A model generated the notes under the pieces. It made no database searches. It was not told where the DNA came from and saw nothing but the letters and a program-made list of their open reading frames with translations. Made by a program: the position numbers and the translations under genes. A DNA stretch of 62,662 nt from Bacteroidota bacterium (GTDB lineage: Bacteria; Bacteroidota; Bacteroidia; Chitinophagales; LD1). Location of the stretch: contig CANHIG010000002.1 of NCBI GenBank assembly GCA_947461105.1, positions 1-62,662 on the forward strand, written 5' to 3'. This document shows positions 10,357 through 19,560 of the stretch, in pieces; position 1 is the first letter of the stretch, and each line of letters starts with the position of its first letter.

Positions 10357-12582
10357 CTATTGGTCTTCCGCATCAAAACGCTCCACAGATAAGATACCAT
10401 CGAGTTCCTGTAGTTTTTCACTCAGTTCATTCAACTCATCCGTATCATGAACATAAATCATAATCTTGCCTTCAAACACGCCATCTTCGCTGTCAAAAGA
10501 GATAGAACGCATATTCAGATTCATCTGGCCGGTAATGATATTGGTGATTTTATTAACCAGACCTACATCGTCAATTCCATTGATTTTAATACCCGTAAGG
10601 AAAGCGATGTTATGTTGTTTTGTCCATTTAGTTTTGATGATTCTGTAGCTATACTTCGCCATGAGCTGCACGGCATTGGGGCAATTAGTTCTGTGAATTT
10701 TAATGCCATCATTAATAGTCAAAAATCCAAAAACATCATCTCCCGGAACAGGATTGCAACATGGTGCAAATTTGTAATCAATCTTATCACTGCTCTCACC
10801 CATGATAAGCAACTCCGCATTTTTCTTGAGGGCATTTTTTATTTCCTCCTCTATGTCTTTTCCGGATTTTACATTCAAATCCTTCTGCCTTGGCAGCTTA
10901 ATCTTGCCACCAACAATATCGAGTTTATTTAATTCTGAAAGGTCGAGTCTCTTCTCTGCAATTGCTATGTGCATTTCGAGAGAAGACATCATTTTGAAAT
11001 AATTGCAAAGCAATAAATGATTCGCCTCAGAGTCTTCAATTTTCAGCTGTTTAAGCTTCTTGTCCAATTCTGTTTTGCCATTCAGCGCTATTCTCCGCTT
11101 ATCATCCTTGAGCGCCTGCCTAATGACAGATTTCGCTTTTGTAGTAGTCACAAAATTCAACCAATCTTCATTAGGCACTTGCTTTTTTGAAGTAAGAATT
11201 TCTACCTGATCTCCATTTTTGAGCACATGACTGAGCGGCACAAGCTTAGTATTTACCTTAGCTCCAATACATTTTATTCCGATAGCGGAATGCACCTCAA
11301 ATGCAAAATCAAGTGCAGTAGCACCTTTGCGTACTTTCTTCAAATCACCTTTTGGAGTAAACACAAAAATTTCTTCATTGAGTAATTCTGTGCGGAAATC
11401 ATTTACCAACTCAATGGCACTGGAATCTGCACTGCTCAATACACCCTGAACTTTCTCCAGCCAAACATCTAGTGCATTATCCTGAGAATTTTCTTTGTAT
11501 TTCCAATGAGCAGCAAAACCCTTTTCTGCCACTTCATGCATACGGTCTGTGCGTATCTGAATTTCCACCCATTTACCGACACTACTCATCACAGTAGTAT
11601 GCAGAGCTTCATAACCGTTGGCCTTAGGATTAGAGAGCCAGTCGCGAAGTCTGTCAGGATTTGGCTTATAAATATCGGTAATCGTAGAATACACCCCCCA
11701 GCAATCAGATTTCTCCTCTTCAGGTTTTGCATGCAGAATGATTCTGATTGCAAAAAGATCATATATCTCCTCAAAAGGAACGTGCTTATATTTTATCTTG
11801 TTGTAAATGGAAAAAATAGATTTGGGTCTTCCGTAAATATCAAAATCAAAACCCCGTTTCTCCAGCTCCTCTTTAAGCGGCTTGATAAAATCATTAATAA
11901 ATCGCGTTCGCTCTCTTTTTGTTTCATTCAACTTCTGTGCAATCTCTTTATACAAGTCGGCCTCTGTGTATTTGAGCGACAAATCCTCCATCTCAGTTTT
12001 AATGGCATACAATCCCATTCGGTGAGCCAACGGAGCATAGAGATAAAGGGTTTCTGATGCAATCTTCAATTGTTTGTCTCTTCGCAGAGAATCAAGCGTT
12101 CGCATATTATGCAGACGATCAGCTATCTTTACAAGAATAACACGAATATCATCGTTTAGGGTAAGTAAGAGCTTTCTAAAGTTCTCAGCCTGAATAGAGC
12201 TATTCATGTCGAATATGCCCGAAATCTTGGTGAGTCCATCTACAATTACGGCTATGTCTTTATTGAATCTGTGCTCTATTTCTTCAAGGGTCACCTCGGT
12301 ATCTTCCACCACATCATGCAGCAAAGCGCAAATCACAGATGTAGCATCCAATCCCATTTCCTCACTCACTATTCTTGCTACTTCAAGCGGATGTAGAATA
12401 TACGGCTCTCCCGATTTTCTGCGCATTTCTTTATGGCTTTCCATAGCCAACTCAAATGCTTCCCGAATGTTTTTTTTGTCTTGCTTGGTTACGGTATCGC
12501 GAAGTGACCGCAGCAAAATTCTATAATGCTTTAAAATCAGTTTATTCTCTGCTTCGAGGTCTATTTCTGTCTTCACTTCCAT
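10357..12582 (-). CDS. relA: Bifunctional RelA/SpoT-family (p)ppGpp synthetase/hydrolase
   Basis: The 741-aa protein has an HD hydrolase motif (LHDVVEDT), a synthetase domain (YRSLH-like ...GYEALHTTV) and TGS and ACT-like C-terminal regions. Confidence 0.9.
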   Translation of the reverse strand: MEVKTEIDLEAENKLILKHYRILLRSLRDTVTKQDKKNIREAFELAMESHKEMRRKSGEPYILHPLEVARIVSEEMGLDATSVICALLHDVVEDTEVTLEEIEHRFNKDIAVIVDGLTKISGIFDMNSSIQAENFRKLLLTLNDDIRVILVKIADRLHNMRTLDSLRRDKQLKIASETLYLYAPLAHRMGLYAIKTEMEDLSLKYTEADLYKEIAQKLNETKRERTRFINDFIKPLKEELEKRGFDFDIYGRPKSIFSIYNKIKYKHVPFEEIYDLFAIRIILHAKPEEEKSDCWGVYSTITDIYKPNPDRLRDWLSNPKANGYEALHTTVMSSVGKWVEIQIRTDRMHEVAEKGFAAHWKYKENSQDNALDVWLEKVQGVLSSADSSAIELVNDFRTELLNEEIFVFTPKGDLKKVRKGATALDFAFEVHSAIGIKCIGAKVNTKLVPLSHVLKNGDQVEILTSKKQVPNEDWLNFVTTTKAKSVIRQALKDDKRRIALNGKTELDKKLKQLKIEDSEANHLLLCNYFKMMSSLEMHIAIAEKRLDLSELNKLDIVGGKIKLPRQKDLNVKSGKDIEEEIKNALKKNAELLIMGESSDKIDYKFAPCCNPVPGDDVFGFLTINDGIKIHRTNCPNAVQLMAKYSYRIIKTKWTKQHNIAFLTGIKINGIDDVGLVNKITNIITGQMNLNMRSISFDSEDGVFEGKIMIYVHDTDELNELSEKLQELDGILSVERFDAEDQ

Positions 12583-12637
12583 GCTCTCTAAAATAGGAAA
12601 AAGAATTTAGTATTTATTGCCCACAATATGATTTCAA

Positions 12638-13315
12638 TTATTTTCCATTCAAAATTTCATATGCCCTTTTAATTTCTATAAACTTTCTATTCACTTCATC
12701 CTTTGAAATGGGCAGGGAACAAGTATCCGGATGATAGAGTAAAACTTTCTTTCGATAAGCCGCAAGTATCTCCTTATCGGAAGCTGTTTCATCAATACCA
12801 AGAACAACATAAGGGCTTGAGTTATCCTGCATTTTAGTGTTCAAATGCTGGAAGCTTACTTCAATAAATTTCAAATAGCGACTGATTTGATGCAATGCTT
12901 TAACCTCTTTTTGAGTAATAAAATCGTCAGAAGCAGCCAGACTAAAAAGGTATTCCATGATGTCATGAATGGATTCTTTAGAGGATAGCGAAGTAATTTG
13001 AGTGCAGCTGATTTTTACAAAAGCCTCTGTACCCTGCTCAAAACGCTGTGTCAGACTTTTGATTCTGCTGTTATTCTGTGAAAATCCAAAATGCAGATTA
13101 AAAAAATTATTAACCACCTTCTCTGATTCATTTGGGAATCTCTTGCTGGCACGAACGATATGAGCAGATAAAACAAGCAAAGCCTGCTCTACTTCAGCTA
13201 ATCGAGCTTTCCTGATTTGCTCTTCGCCTTTAGTTTCCTTATGCTGCTCCTCATCGCCATGAGTGATCTGGCGAATATTCTTTTTGAAATTATTTACCCA
13301 ATCGAAAGAAGACAT
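12638..13315 (-). CDS. Soluble TerB-like domain protein with a C-terminal J domain (DjlA-like but lacking a TM segment)
   Basis: The C-terminus is SPYVVLGIDETASDKEILAAYRKKVLLYHPDT (J domain with HPD). The middle region carries paired amphipathic repeats (LLVLSAHIVRASKRF...SEKVV and IMEYLFSLAASDDFITQKEVKAL) resembling the TerB fold. Confidence 0.7.
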   Translation of the reverse strand: MSSFDWVNNFKKNIRQITHGDEEQHKETKGEEQIRKARLAEVEQALLVLSAHIVRASKRFPNESEKVVNNFFNLHFGFSQNNSRIKSLTQRFEQGTEAFVKISCTQITSLSSKESIHDIMEYLFSLAASDDFITQKEVKALHQISRYLKFIEVSFQHLNTKMQDNSSPYVVLGIDETASDKEILAAYRKKVLLYHPDTCSLPISKDEVNRKFIEIKRAYEILNGK

Positions 13316-13318
13316 AAG

Positions 13319-14050
13319 TTATTTCTTGGCAGGAACAAAAATAAATACAGTAAATATGAGCAATGTGGCTATCGAAAAATACAAATCAGTATGCTCATAT
13401 TCTAAGATATCTGAAACTGGATTTTTAAAATAATTTCCCAATGCCTCAAAAAATAATTTCGCACCCAAAAGTGCTATCACCAAAAAAGCTCCGGTACTGA
13501 GATTTGGATATTTTTCCATGAGTTTTACAAAATAAACAGCCACTGTCCGCATGGCAATAATCCCAATAAAAACTCCGGTACAAATCAGATAGATATTATC
13601 AGTAAAAGCCACCGCTGCAAAAACATTGTCAATAGAAAACATCAGATCCATTGTTTCTACCATCACTACCGTTCCCCAAAAAGGACTCAACGATTTAATT
13701 TTACGCCTTGGGGTGAAATTTTCGGGATGCTCCACAGCATCTTTGTGGATGAAAAAATAATCTACTGCGAGATATATAAGATAAAGTCCTCCAACTATTT
13801 TCAGCCATTTTATTTTAATAAGAACACTGGCTAAAACCAAACAGGTGCCACGAAATATATAGGCAAGAATCAAACCAATTCTCAGCGCTCGCTTTCTTTT
13901 TTCTATCGGAAGCGGCATCACCATCGTGGCCAAAACCGCAGCATTATCAATACTCAAAAGGCTTTCAATAATAACGAGATTAAATACTATCAAAGCAGCA
14001 GACTGCCAGTTCTGACCTAAGAAATGCTCTATGTTTTGCAGTAATTCCAA
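13319..14050 (-). CDS. TerC-family integral membrane protein
   Basis: The polytopic protein has duplicated SIDNA / SIDNV motifs (LLSIDNAAVLA, MFSIDNVFAAV) typical of the TerC/Alx family. The start is apparently TTG. The stop lies 3 nt from the next start. Confidence 0.75.
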   Translation of the reverse strand: MELLQNIEHFLGQNWQSAALIVFNLVIIESLLSIDNAAVLATMVMPLPIEKRKRALRIGLILAYIFRGTCLVLASVLIKIKWLKIVGGLYLIYLAVDYFFIHKDAVEHPENFTPRRKIKSLSPFWGTVVMVETMDLMFSIDNVFAAVAFTDNIYLICTGVFIGIIAMRTVAVYFVKLMEKYPNLSTGAFLVIALLGAKLFFEALGNYFKNPVSDILEYEHTDLYFSIATLLIFTVFIFVPAKK

Positions 14051-14107
14051 AATATTTTTTGATTTTACGATAATAAAAAATCAATTTGTAATACTAAAGA
14101 TAATGTG

Positions 14108-14773
14108 ATGCATTTCATCAATACGGTGATTTTTGATATGGACGGGCTGCTGATAGATTCTGAACCATTCTGGCGGCTGGCAGAGATAAAAGTCTTTGCT
14201 ACAGTTGGATTACAGCTTACTAACGAGGACTGTCGTAAAACCATCGGCTACCGATTTGATGAAGTGGTGGATTACTGGTATAAGCGCCATCCCTGGGAAG
14301 GAAAATCAAAACTGCATATCATGCATGAAGTGATAGAGGAGGTAGAGCAGGCTATCCTGAACCTTGCTGAACCAATGCGCGGAGCGGTAGCATGCATTCA
14401 TTTTTGCAAAGACCAAGGATTAAAAACAGCCATTGCCTCATCCTCAAGTACAAAACTGATAAAAGCCAGTGCCAAAAGATTAGGAGTAGAAAACGAAATC
14501 GACCAAATAGTATCAGCAGAACTTTTCCTCTATGGAAAACCTCATCCTCAAGTGTTTATAGAAACGGCTCATTTACTTGGTGTACACAGAGATGATTGCA
14601 TTGTCTTAGAAGATTCCCTAAATGGGATTCTTGCAGCTAAATCTGCTAAAATGCAATGTATTGCCATTCCTGATTTAGAAAATAAAAACAACTCAAAATA
14701 TATTATCGCAGATGAAATTTGCGATTCGCTTATAGAAGCAATACCTTTAATCGAAAACAGAATCAGAAAATAA
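14108..14773 (+). CDS. HAD-superfamily sugar-phosphate phosphatase (HxpB/YniC-like)
   Basis: It has VIFDMDGLLIDSEPFW (DxD nucleophile motif) and later GKPHPQVF and EDSLNG motifs. Confidence 0.8.
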   Translation: MHFINTVIFDMDGLLIDSEPFWRLAEIKVFATVGLQLTNEDCRKTIGYRFDEVVDYWYKRHPWEGKSKLHIMHEVIEEVEQAILNLAEPMRGAVACIHFCKDQGLKTAIASSSSTKLIKASAKRLGVENEIDQIVSAELFLYGKPHPQVFIETAHLLGVHRDDCIVLEDSLNGILAAKSAKMQCIAIPDLENKNNSKYIIADEICDSLIEAIPLIENRIRK

Positions 14774-14777
14774 AACT

Positions 14778-15959
14778 ATGTCAAAAAAGAAAACAGAAAC
14801 ACTCTTATCCAGAGATGAACCGAAAGAAAGGAATGTTCATTCACACATTGCTCCGCTTTATCTTTCATCCACATATATCTATCCATCTGTAGATGAAGCA
14901 CAGGAGATTTTTAAAGGGAGAAAGAAGGGCCATATTTATGGGCGCTGGTCGCATCCCAATGCAGAGCTCGTAGAGGAAAAACTGGAAGCCATGCAGGCAA
15001 AGAAAAACACCAAAGCGCTGCTATTCAGCTCAGGCATGGCGGCTATTGCTGCGGTATTTCAGGCACTAATAAAACCGGGCGATAAAATTTTGGTGCAAGG
15101 AAATATTTACGGCACTACTGTTGATTACCTCAATCACTTTTCTGCGCAAACCGGATTTGAAAGTGTATTTGCTGATTTAAAAAAAATGAATGAAGTAGAA
15201 GCGCTGTTCAAAAAACATAAATTCAAAGTGCTTTATTGCGAGACTCCTTCAAACCCGACTATTGCATGTTATGACTTAGAAAAACTGAGCAGTATAGCGC
15301 ATAAAAACGGGGCAAAAGTGATAGTAGATAATACATTCGCTACGCCATTATTACAACAGCCACTAAATCTTAGGGCCGATTTCGAAATAGATTCTTCCAC
15401 CAAATTTCTGAACGGCCATGGCACCGGAATCAGCGGAGCTGTCATTGGTGCTGATAAGAATTTTATGGAAAAAGACTTGTGGAAAATAAGAAAGCTGAAT
15501 GGTTCTATTATTTCCCCTATGGATGCATGGTTGCTGAATCTGGGTATGAAAACACTCAGTGTCCGAATGGAAAAACATTGCAGCAATGCTATGAAAGTAG
15601 CGGAATATCTCTCGAAACACAAAGCGGTGAAATCTATAAACTATCTCGGGCTTAAATCACATCCCGATCATAAACTTGCCGCAAAACAAATGTGTGGCTT
15701 TGGCGGTGTGCTGAGCTTTGAGCTGAAAGACGGCTACAAGGCAGCACTGAAACTCATGAAGCATGTGAAACTTTGTCATCTCACCGCTTCGCTTGGCACT
15801 ACAGACACATTAATTCAGCATCCTGCTTCTATGTCGCACTATTTTGTGCCTAAAAAACAACGTGAGGAATTTGGCATTACTGATGGATTGGTGCGCCTTT
15901 CAGTTGGGCTTGAAAATGCTGAGGATATTATTGAGGATTTGGGAAGGGCAATGAGATAA
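14778..15959 (+). CDS. Cys/Met-metabolism PLP-dependent enzyme (cystathionine gamma-synthase / methionine gamma-lyase family)
   Basis: The 393-aa protein has the SSTKFLNGHG PLP-lysine motif and the C-terminal LVRLSVGLE motif. Confidence 0.85.
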   Translation: MSKKKTETLLSRDEPKERNVHSHIAPLYLSSTYIYPSVDEAQEIFKGRKKGHIYGRWSHPNAELVEEKLEAMQAKKNTKALLFSSGMAAIAAVFQALIKPGDKILVQGNIYGTTVDYLNHFSAQTGFESVFADLKKMNEVEALFKKHKFKVLYCETPSNPTIACYDLEKLSSIAHKNGAKVIVDNTFATPLLQQPLNLRADFEIDSSTKFLNGHGTGISGAVIGADKNFMEKDLWKIRKLNGSIISPMDAWLLNLGMKTLSVRMEKHCSNAMKVAEYLSKHKAVKSINYLGLKSHPDHKLAAKQMCGFGGVLSFELKDGYKAALKLMKHVKLCHLTASLGTTDTLIQHPASMSHYFVPKKQREEFGITDGLVRLSVGLENAEDIIEDLGRAMR

Positions 15960-15970
15960 TTAGGGAATAT

Positions 15971-16039
15971 GCTAATGTGCTAATGGGAAAAAGATTTGGT
16001 GATTTGATAATGAGTTAATTTGATAATGAATGCTGTCCA
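15971..16039. repeat. Short direct repeats in a 200-bp intergenic spacer
   Basis: gctaatg occurs at 15971-15977 and 15979-15985. atttgataatga occurs at 16002-16013 and 16018-16029. It is followed by atgctgtcca at 16030-16039, which recurs at 26985-26994. Confidence 0.5.
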
Positions 16040-16161
16040 CTGAGCCTGTCGAAGCGAGCTTTTAATGATACATGGCATCCTCTTGCTGACAAAGAAAAAT
16101 TACATTCCATGTATTTTGACTTATTGAGGATAACCCCTTTAGTAAATTCATATCGAACTTC

Positions 16162-17124
16162 CTAAAAACTCCTTACTATCAACAGGTATATCGGCATTCC
16201 GATTGTAATATTTATCGGGAATGTTACGGCAAGAGCCATCGGCAGAAAGAGACCCGGATCAGCTTTAGGAACTGATATCTTCACAGCTGCAGGAACAGCA
16301 ATATAAGATGCACTGGCAGCTAGGATTGCAAACATAAATCTATTCGTGATGTCATGTGTTATTAAAGAACTGAAAATCGCAATGATACATCCGTTTATCA
16401 ACGGAATTAAGATAGCAAAAACAAGAGGGAACCATCCGTAAGAGAAAAACGCTTTTAATTTTCTGCCACTCGTAATTCCCATATCTAAAAGAAAAATAGC
16501 TAAAAAGCCTTTGAAAAGGTCGTTAGTAAATGGCTTTATTCCTTCTGCTTGTTTTGCATTGGCCAAATAACCTATTACCAAACTTCCAAGAATAAGCAAT
16601 ACGCTTCCATTAGTGAATGAATGCTTAATAGCAGTGCTTTTTCTTATTATTTCCCTATCATTTTTACTAAAAACGGAAATGAGAACAAGTCCCATAATTA
16701 TAGCTGGCGATTCCATCAAAGCCATTATGGCTACCATGTGTCCGTGAATTATCAACTGCTGAGATTCAAGATAGGAAACTGCAGTAACAAATGTTACGGC
16801 ACTCACAGAACCGTATGCAGCAGCTATTGCTCCTGCGTCAAATACATTCAACTTTCTTTTCAGTATAAAAAAGGTGTAGAGTGGAATAACAAATGAAATA
16901 CTAATTCCAAATAAGATTGACCAACCAATTTCATAAGTAAATGTCTCGTGCGACAATTCTTGTCCACCTTTAAATCCTATTGCAAATAAGAGATAAAGTG
17001 ATATAAACTTTGATGAATTAGCGGGTATTTCTAAATCACTTTTTAAATAAACTGCAATGATACCAAGTACAAAAAAAAGTAAAGCAGGATTAGTAAGATT
17101 ATCAATTAGTAGGTTAAAATTCAT
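16162..17124 (-). CDS. SbtA-like sodium-dependent bicarbonate transporter family permease
   Basis: The 320-aa polytopic protein begins MNFNLLIDNLTNPALLFFVLGIIAVYLKSDLEIP, which I recognise as the Sbt/DUF897-type N-terminus. Confidence 0.7.
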   Translation of the reverse strand: MNFNLLIDNLTNPALLFFVLGIIAVYLKSDLEIPANSSKFISLYLLFAIGFKGGQELSHETFTYEIGWSILFGISISFVIPLYTFFILKRKLNVFDAGAIAAAYGSVSAVTFVTAVSYLESQQLIIHGHMVAIMALMESPAIIMGLVLISVFSKNDREIIRKSTAIKHSFTNGSVLLILGSLVIGYLANAKQAEGIKPFTNDLFKGFLAIFLLDMGITSGRKLKAFFSYGWFPLVFAILIPLINGCIIAIFSSLITHDITNRFMFAILAASASYIAVPAAVKISVPKADPGLFLPMALAVTFPINITIGMPIYLLIVRSF

Positions 17125-17153
17125 TGTGTTCTGTAAATATTCAATTTATTAAT

Positions 17154-18500
17154 TTACCTGGATTTCGAAAACTTGAGTCTTTTGCCATGTGTATACTTAT
17201 TGAAGAAACCACTATCATAGACCACGTTCCCATTGACAAATGTTTTTGCAATTTTACTTTTAAAAAACTGGTTCTCAAATGGAGACCATTGACATTTGTA
17301 TAGTATATTCTCAGTGGTTACTTCCCAGTTGCTTTTCAAATTCACCAGCACTAAATCTGCATAATAGCCTTCTCGTATATAGCCGCGCTCTTTTATTCTA
17401 TAAATAGCTGCAACGTTATGGCTCATTTTTTCAACAATTTTTTCAAGGCTTATAAGTCCTAGATGAAATAATTCAAGCATAGCAGGCAGAGCGTGTTGAA
17501 CCATTGGTCCCCCAGATAAAGCTTGAAAATAGTTGCCGCTTTTTTCTTGAAGTGTATGCGGAGCATGATCGGTTGCTATTATATCAAGCTTACCTTCTTT
17601 TAATGCAAGCAAAAGCCCATTTTTATCTTCCTCATTTTTAATCGCAGGGTTCCATTTTATTTTAGCGCCAAGTTTTTCATAATTTTTTTCTGAGAACCAA
17701 AGATGATGAATACAAGCTTCTGCTGTTATTCTTTTTTCATGAATAGGAGTTTGGTTATCAAACAAGTTGGCTTCTGCTAAAGTAGAAATATGGAATAAGT
17801 GAAGACGATTATTATGCTTTTTAGATATTTCCAAAACTCGCCTTGTTGACGCAAAACAGGCTTCTTCGCTTCTTATTTTTGGATGGACTGAAAAGGGAAT
17901 ATTATCTCCATAAAGTTGGCGAAAATTCATAGTGTTAGTTGCTATTATAGCATCATCTTCACTATGAAGAGCAACTAAAGAGTTAGTTCTTGAAAAGAGT
18001 TTTTCTAAAAACTCTGGGTGATTTGCCAGAATCCCTTTCTCATTGTTAAAATATAGCCCATCATCGGTTATTCCACAAACATTTTCATTATCTGTTTTTA
18101 ATGCCTCTTCTAAATTATTTTGATTAATTCCCATAAAAAAGGAAAAGTTAGCCAAAGATGATTGTGATGCTATATTATACTTCTCCTCTAATAACTCTTG
18201 AGTGAGCGTATTGGGAATAGTATTTGGCATATCCATAAATGCAGTGATACCTCCAGCGACAGCAGCTTTAGATTCAGAATAGATAGAGGCTTTATGCGTT
18301 AATCCTGGTTCTCGGAAGTGGACTTGATCATCGATAACTCCGGGCAAAAGATATAAACCTTCCGCATCAATTATATCAGCATGTTGGTTTGAAATATTAT
18401 TAGAAATATTTTCTATTCGTTCACCAACAATTAGCACATCCCCTACTGTGGTTTTCCCTTCATTTACAACATGAGCCTGTTTGATTATTTTTCGCTTCAT
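17154..18500 (-). CDS. pyrC: Dihydroorotase (long, allantoinase-like type)
   Basis: It has the amidohydrolase metal motif VIDDQVHFREPG, then DMPNT and ATDHAPH. The 448-aa length is typical of Bacteroidota PyrC. Confidence 0.8.
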   Translation of the reverse strand: MKRKIIKQAHVVNEGKTTVGDVLIVGERIENISNNISNQHADIIDAEGLYLLPGVIDDQVHFREPGLTHKASIYSESKAAVAGGITAFMDMPNTIPNTLTQELLEEKYNIASQSSLANFSFFMGINQNNLEEALKTDNENVCGITDDGLYFNNEKGILANHPEFLEKLFSRTNSLVALHSEDDAIIATNTMNFRQLYGDNIPFSVHPKIRSEEACFASTRRVLEISKKHNNRLHLFHISTLAEANLFDNQTPIHEKRITAEACIHHLWFSEKNYEKLGAKIKWNPAIKNEEDKNGLLLALKEGKLDIIATDHAPHTLQEKSGNYFQALSGGPMVQHALPAMLELFHLGLISLEKIVEKMSHNVAAIYRIKERGYIREGYYADLVLVNLKSNWEVTTENILYKCQWSPFENQFFKSKIAKTFVNGNVVYDSGFFNKYTHGKRLKFSKSR

Positions 18501-18509
18501 ATAATACTT

Positions 18510-19346
18510 TTAAGGATTACAAACATCGCAATACATTGGATCTTCAGTGGGTTTTCCATGAGGATAAATTTCCTCTTTTGTATAAGAACATTTTTGACAA
18601 ATATAGATATAACTCAAAGTTGAACGGGTTGGAAAATTACATAGACTACAGGGTAATCCAGGTTTTGCATCTTCAATACCAAATCCTGGAGTTTTACAAT
18701 TCGGACAAAGCGATTTTAATTTATTAACCATTTTTTGGGTTGCCTTTTCAATCACCTTCATTCTTGTCGGGTTATACATTGCTCTCATGTCTGTTTCAAC
18801 AAATGCCTTTCCGTAAGTAGACAAAAAGTAATTAAAGGTTTGGCTCAACTGTCTTGAATCAGTTATTCCTTTAACTATTTCAGTAAAGTCACTTTTCGAG
18901 TTTCTAAGTATTAAACCGTGTGAAGGGAATTTAGCATTGGAAGCAAAAGCATTGAGATCCTTTTCTGTGTTGACTTCCTGACCATTGAAATTTGTCTCTA
19001 GGCTCAGCTCTCTTACTATAATTTCTAAATCATTTTCCTTATCAATGAAAAGCAAGAATTCATCATCGGCAGGAACGAAATAGATAGAGGGATGTGAACC
19101 AAAAGAACCCTCGCTCGAAATTGCAAGGGTGCAATTATTTTTTTCCATTGCCATGAGACATTTTTTTCTTGCAGTTGATATGGGGTCATCCATTCTCTTG
19201 ACTTCTCCAGTGAAAGTTCCCAATTGATCGGTATCAAAATTTGAAGCAACAAAGCATTTCAAACTTAACTCCTTTTCTAAAATTGGAGCAATTACCTGTT
19301 CCTTTTTGTGCTTGGTTGCTATGAGTAAATTTCTACCATTGAACAT
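18510..19346 (-). CDS. Conserved-looking protein of unknown function with a C-terminal double zinc-ribbon
   Basis: The 278-aa ORF has an ATG start. The C-terminal 65 aa contain CPNC, CSLC, CQKC and CDVC. I cannot place the N-terminal ~200 aa in any family. Confidence 0.6.
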   Translation of the reverse strand: MFNGRNLLIATKHKKEQVIAPILEKELSLKCFVASNFDTDQLGTFTGEVKRMDDPISTARKKCLMAMEKNNCTLAISSEGSFGSHPSIYFVPADDEFLLFIDKENDLEIIVRELSLETNFNGQEVNTEKDLNAFASNAKFPSHGLILRNSKSDFTEIVKGITDSRQLSQTFNYFLSTYGKAFVETDMRAMYNPTRMKVIEKATQKMVNKLKSLCPNCKTPGFGIEDAKPGLPCSLCNFPTRSTLSYIYICQKCSYTKEEIYPHGKPTEDPMYCDVCNP

Positions 19347-19357
19347 TTTGTCGGATT

Positions 19358-19525
19358 TTATTCTTCCAGCTTTTTATTATCGGATAGCTTAGATGACACA
19401 AAAGCAGCTGTAATAATTCCCAAAGAGGCATAGAGTTTACTGAAAACTACATCTTCGGCCATTAAAGCCATTATCAGAGAGCAAATCATTATCGCCAAAG
19501 ACAAGTAAGTTTTCATTTCTATCAT
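19358..19525 (-). CDS. Possible 55-aa small membrane protein (below the ORF-track cutoff)
   Basis: My hand translation gives MIEMKTYLSLAIMICSLIMALMAEDVVFSKLYASLGIITAAFVSSKLSDNKKLEE. It has two hydrophobic stretches and fills the 214-bp gap between icd and the zinc-ribbon gene on the same strand. Confidence 0.3.
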   Translation of the reverse strand: MIEMKTYLSLAIMICSLIMALMAEDVVFSKLYASLGIITAAFVSSKLSDNKKLEE

Positions 19526-19560
19526 GTTCTTTATGTTTAAATTATTTATAACCTTTTGAA

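Noticed and set aside
11506-12057. Long antisense ORFs inside well-supported genes. Examples are 11506-12057, 10447-10932, 21633-22082, 34527-34925, 45677-46141, 41502-41783, 4271-4645 and 60660-60992.
   Set aside because: Each lies wholly within a gene on the opposite strand whose product has clear family motifs. Their translations are low-complexity or Ser/Leu/Phe-rich shadow-frame products with no motifs. Such ORFs are typical of AT-rich coding DNA.
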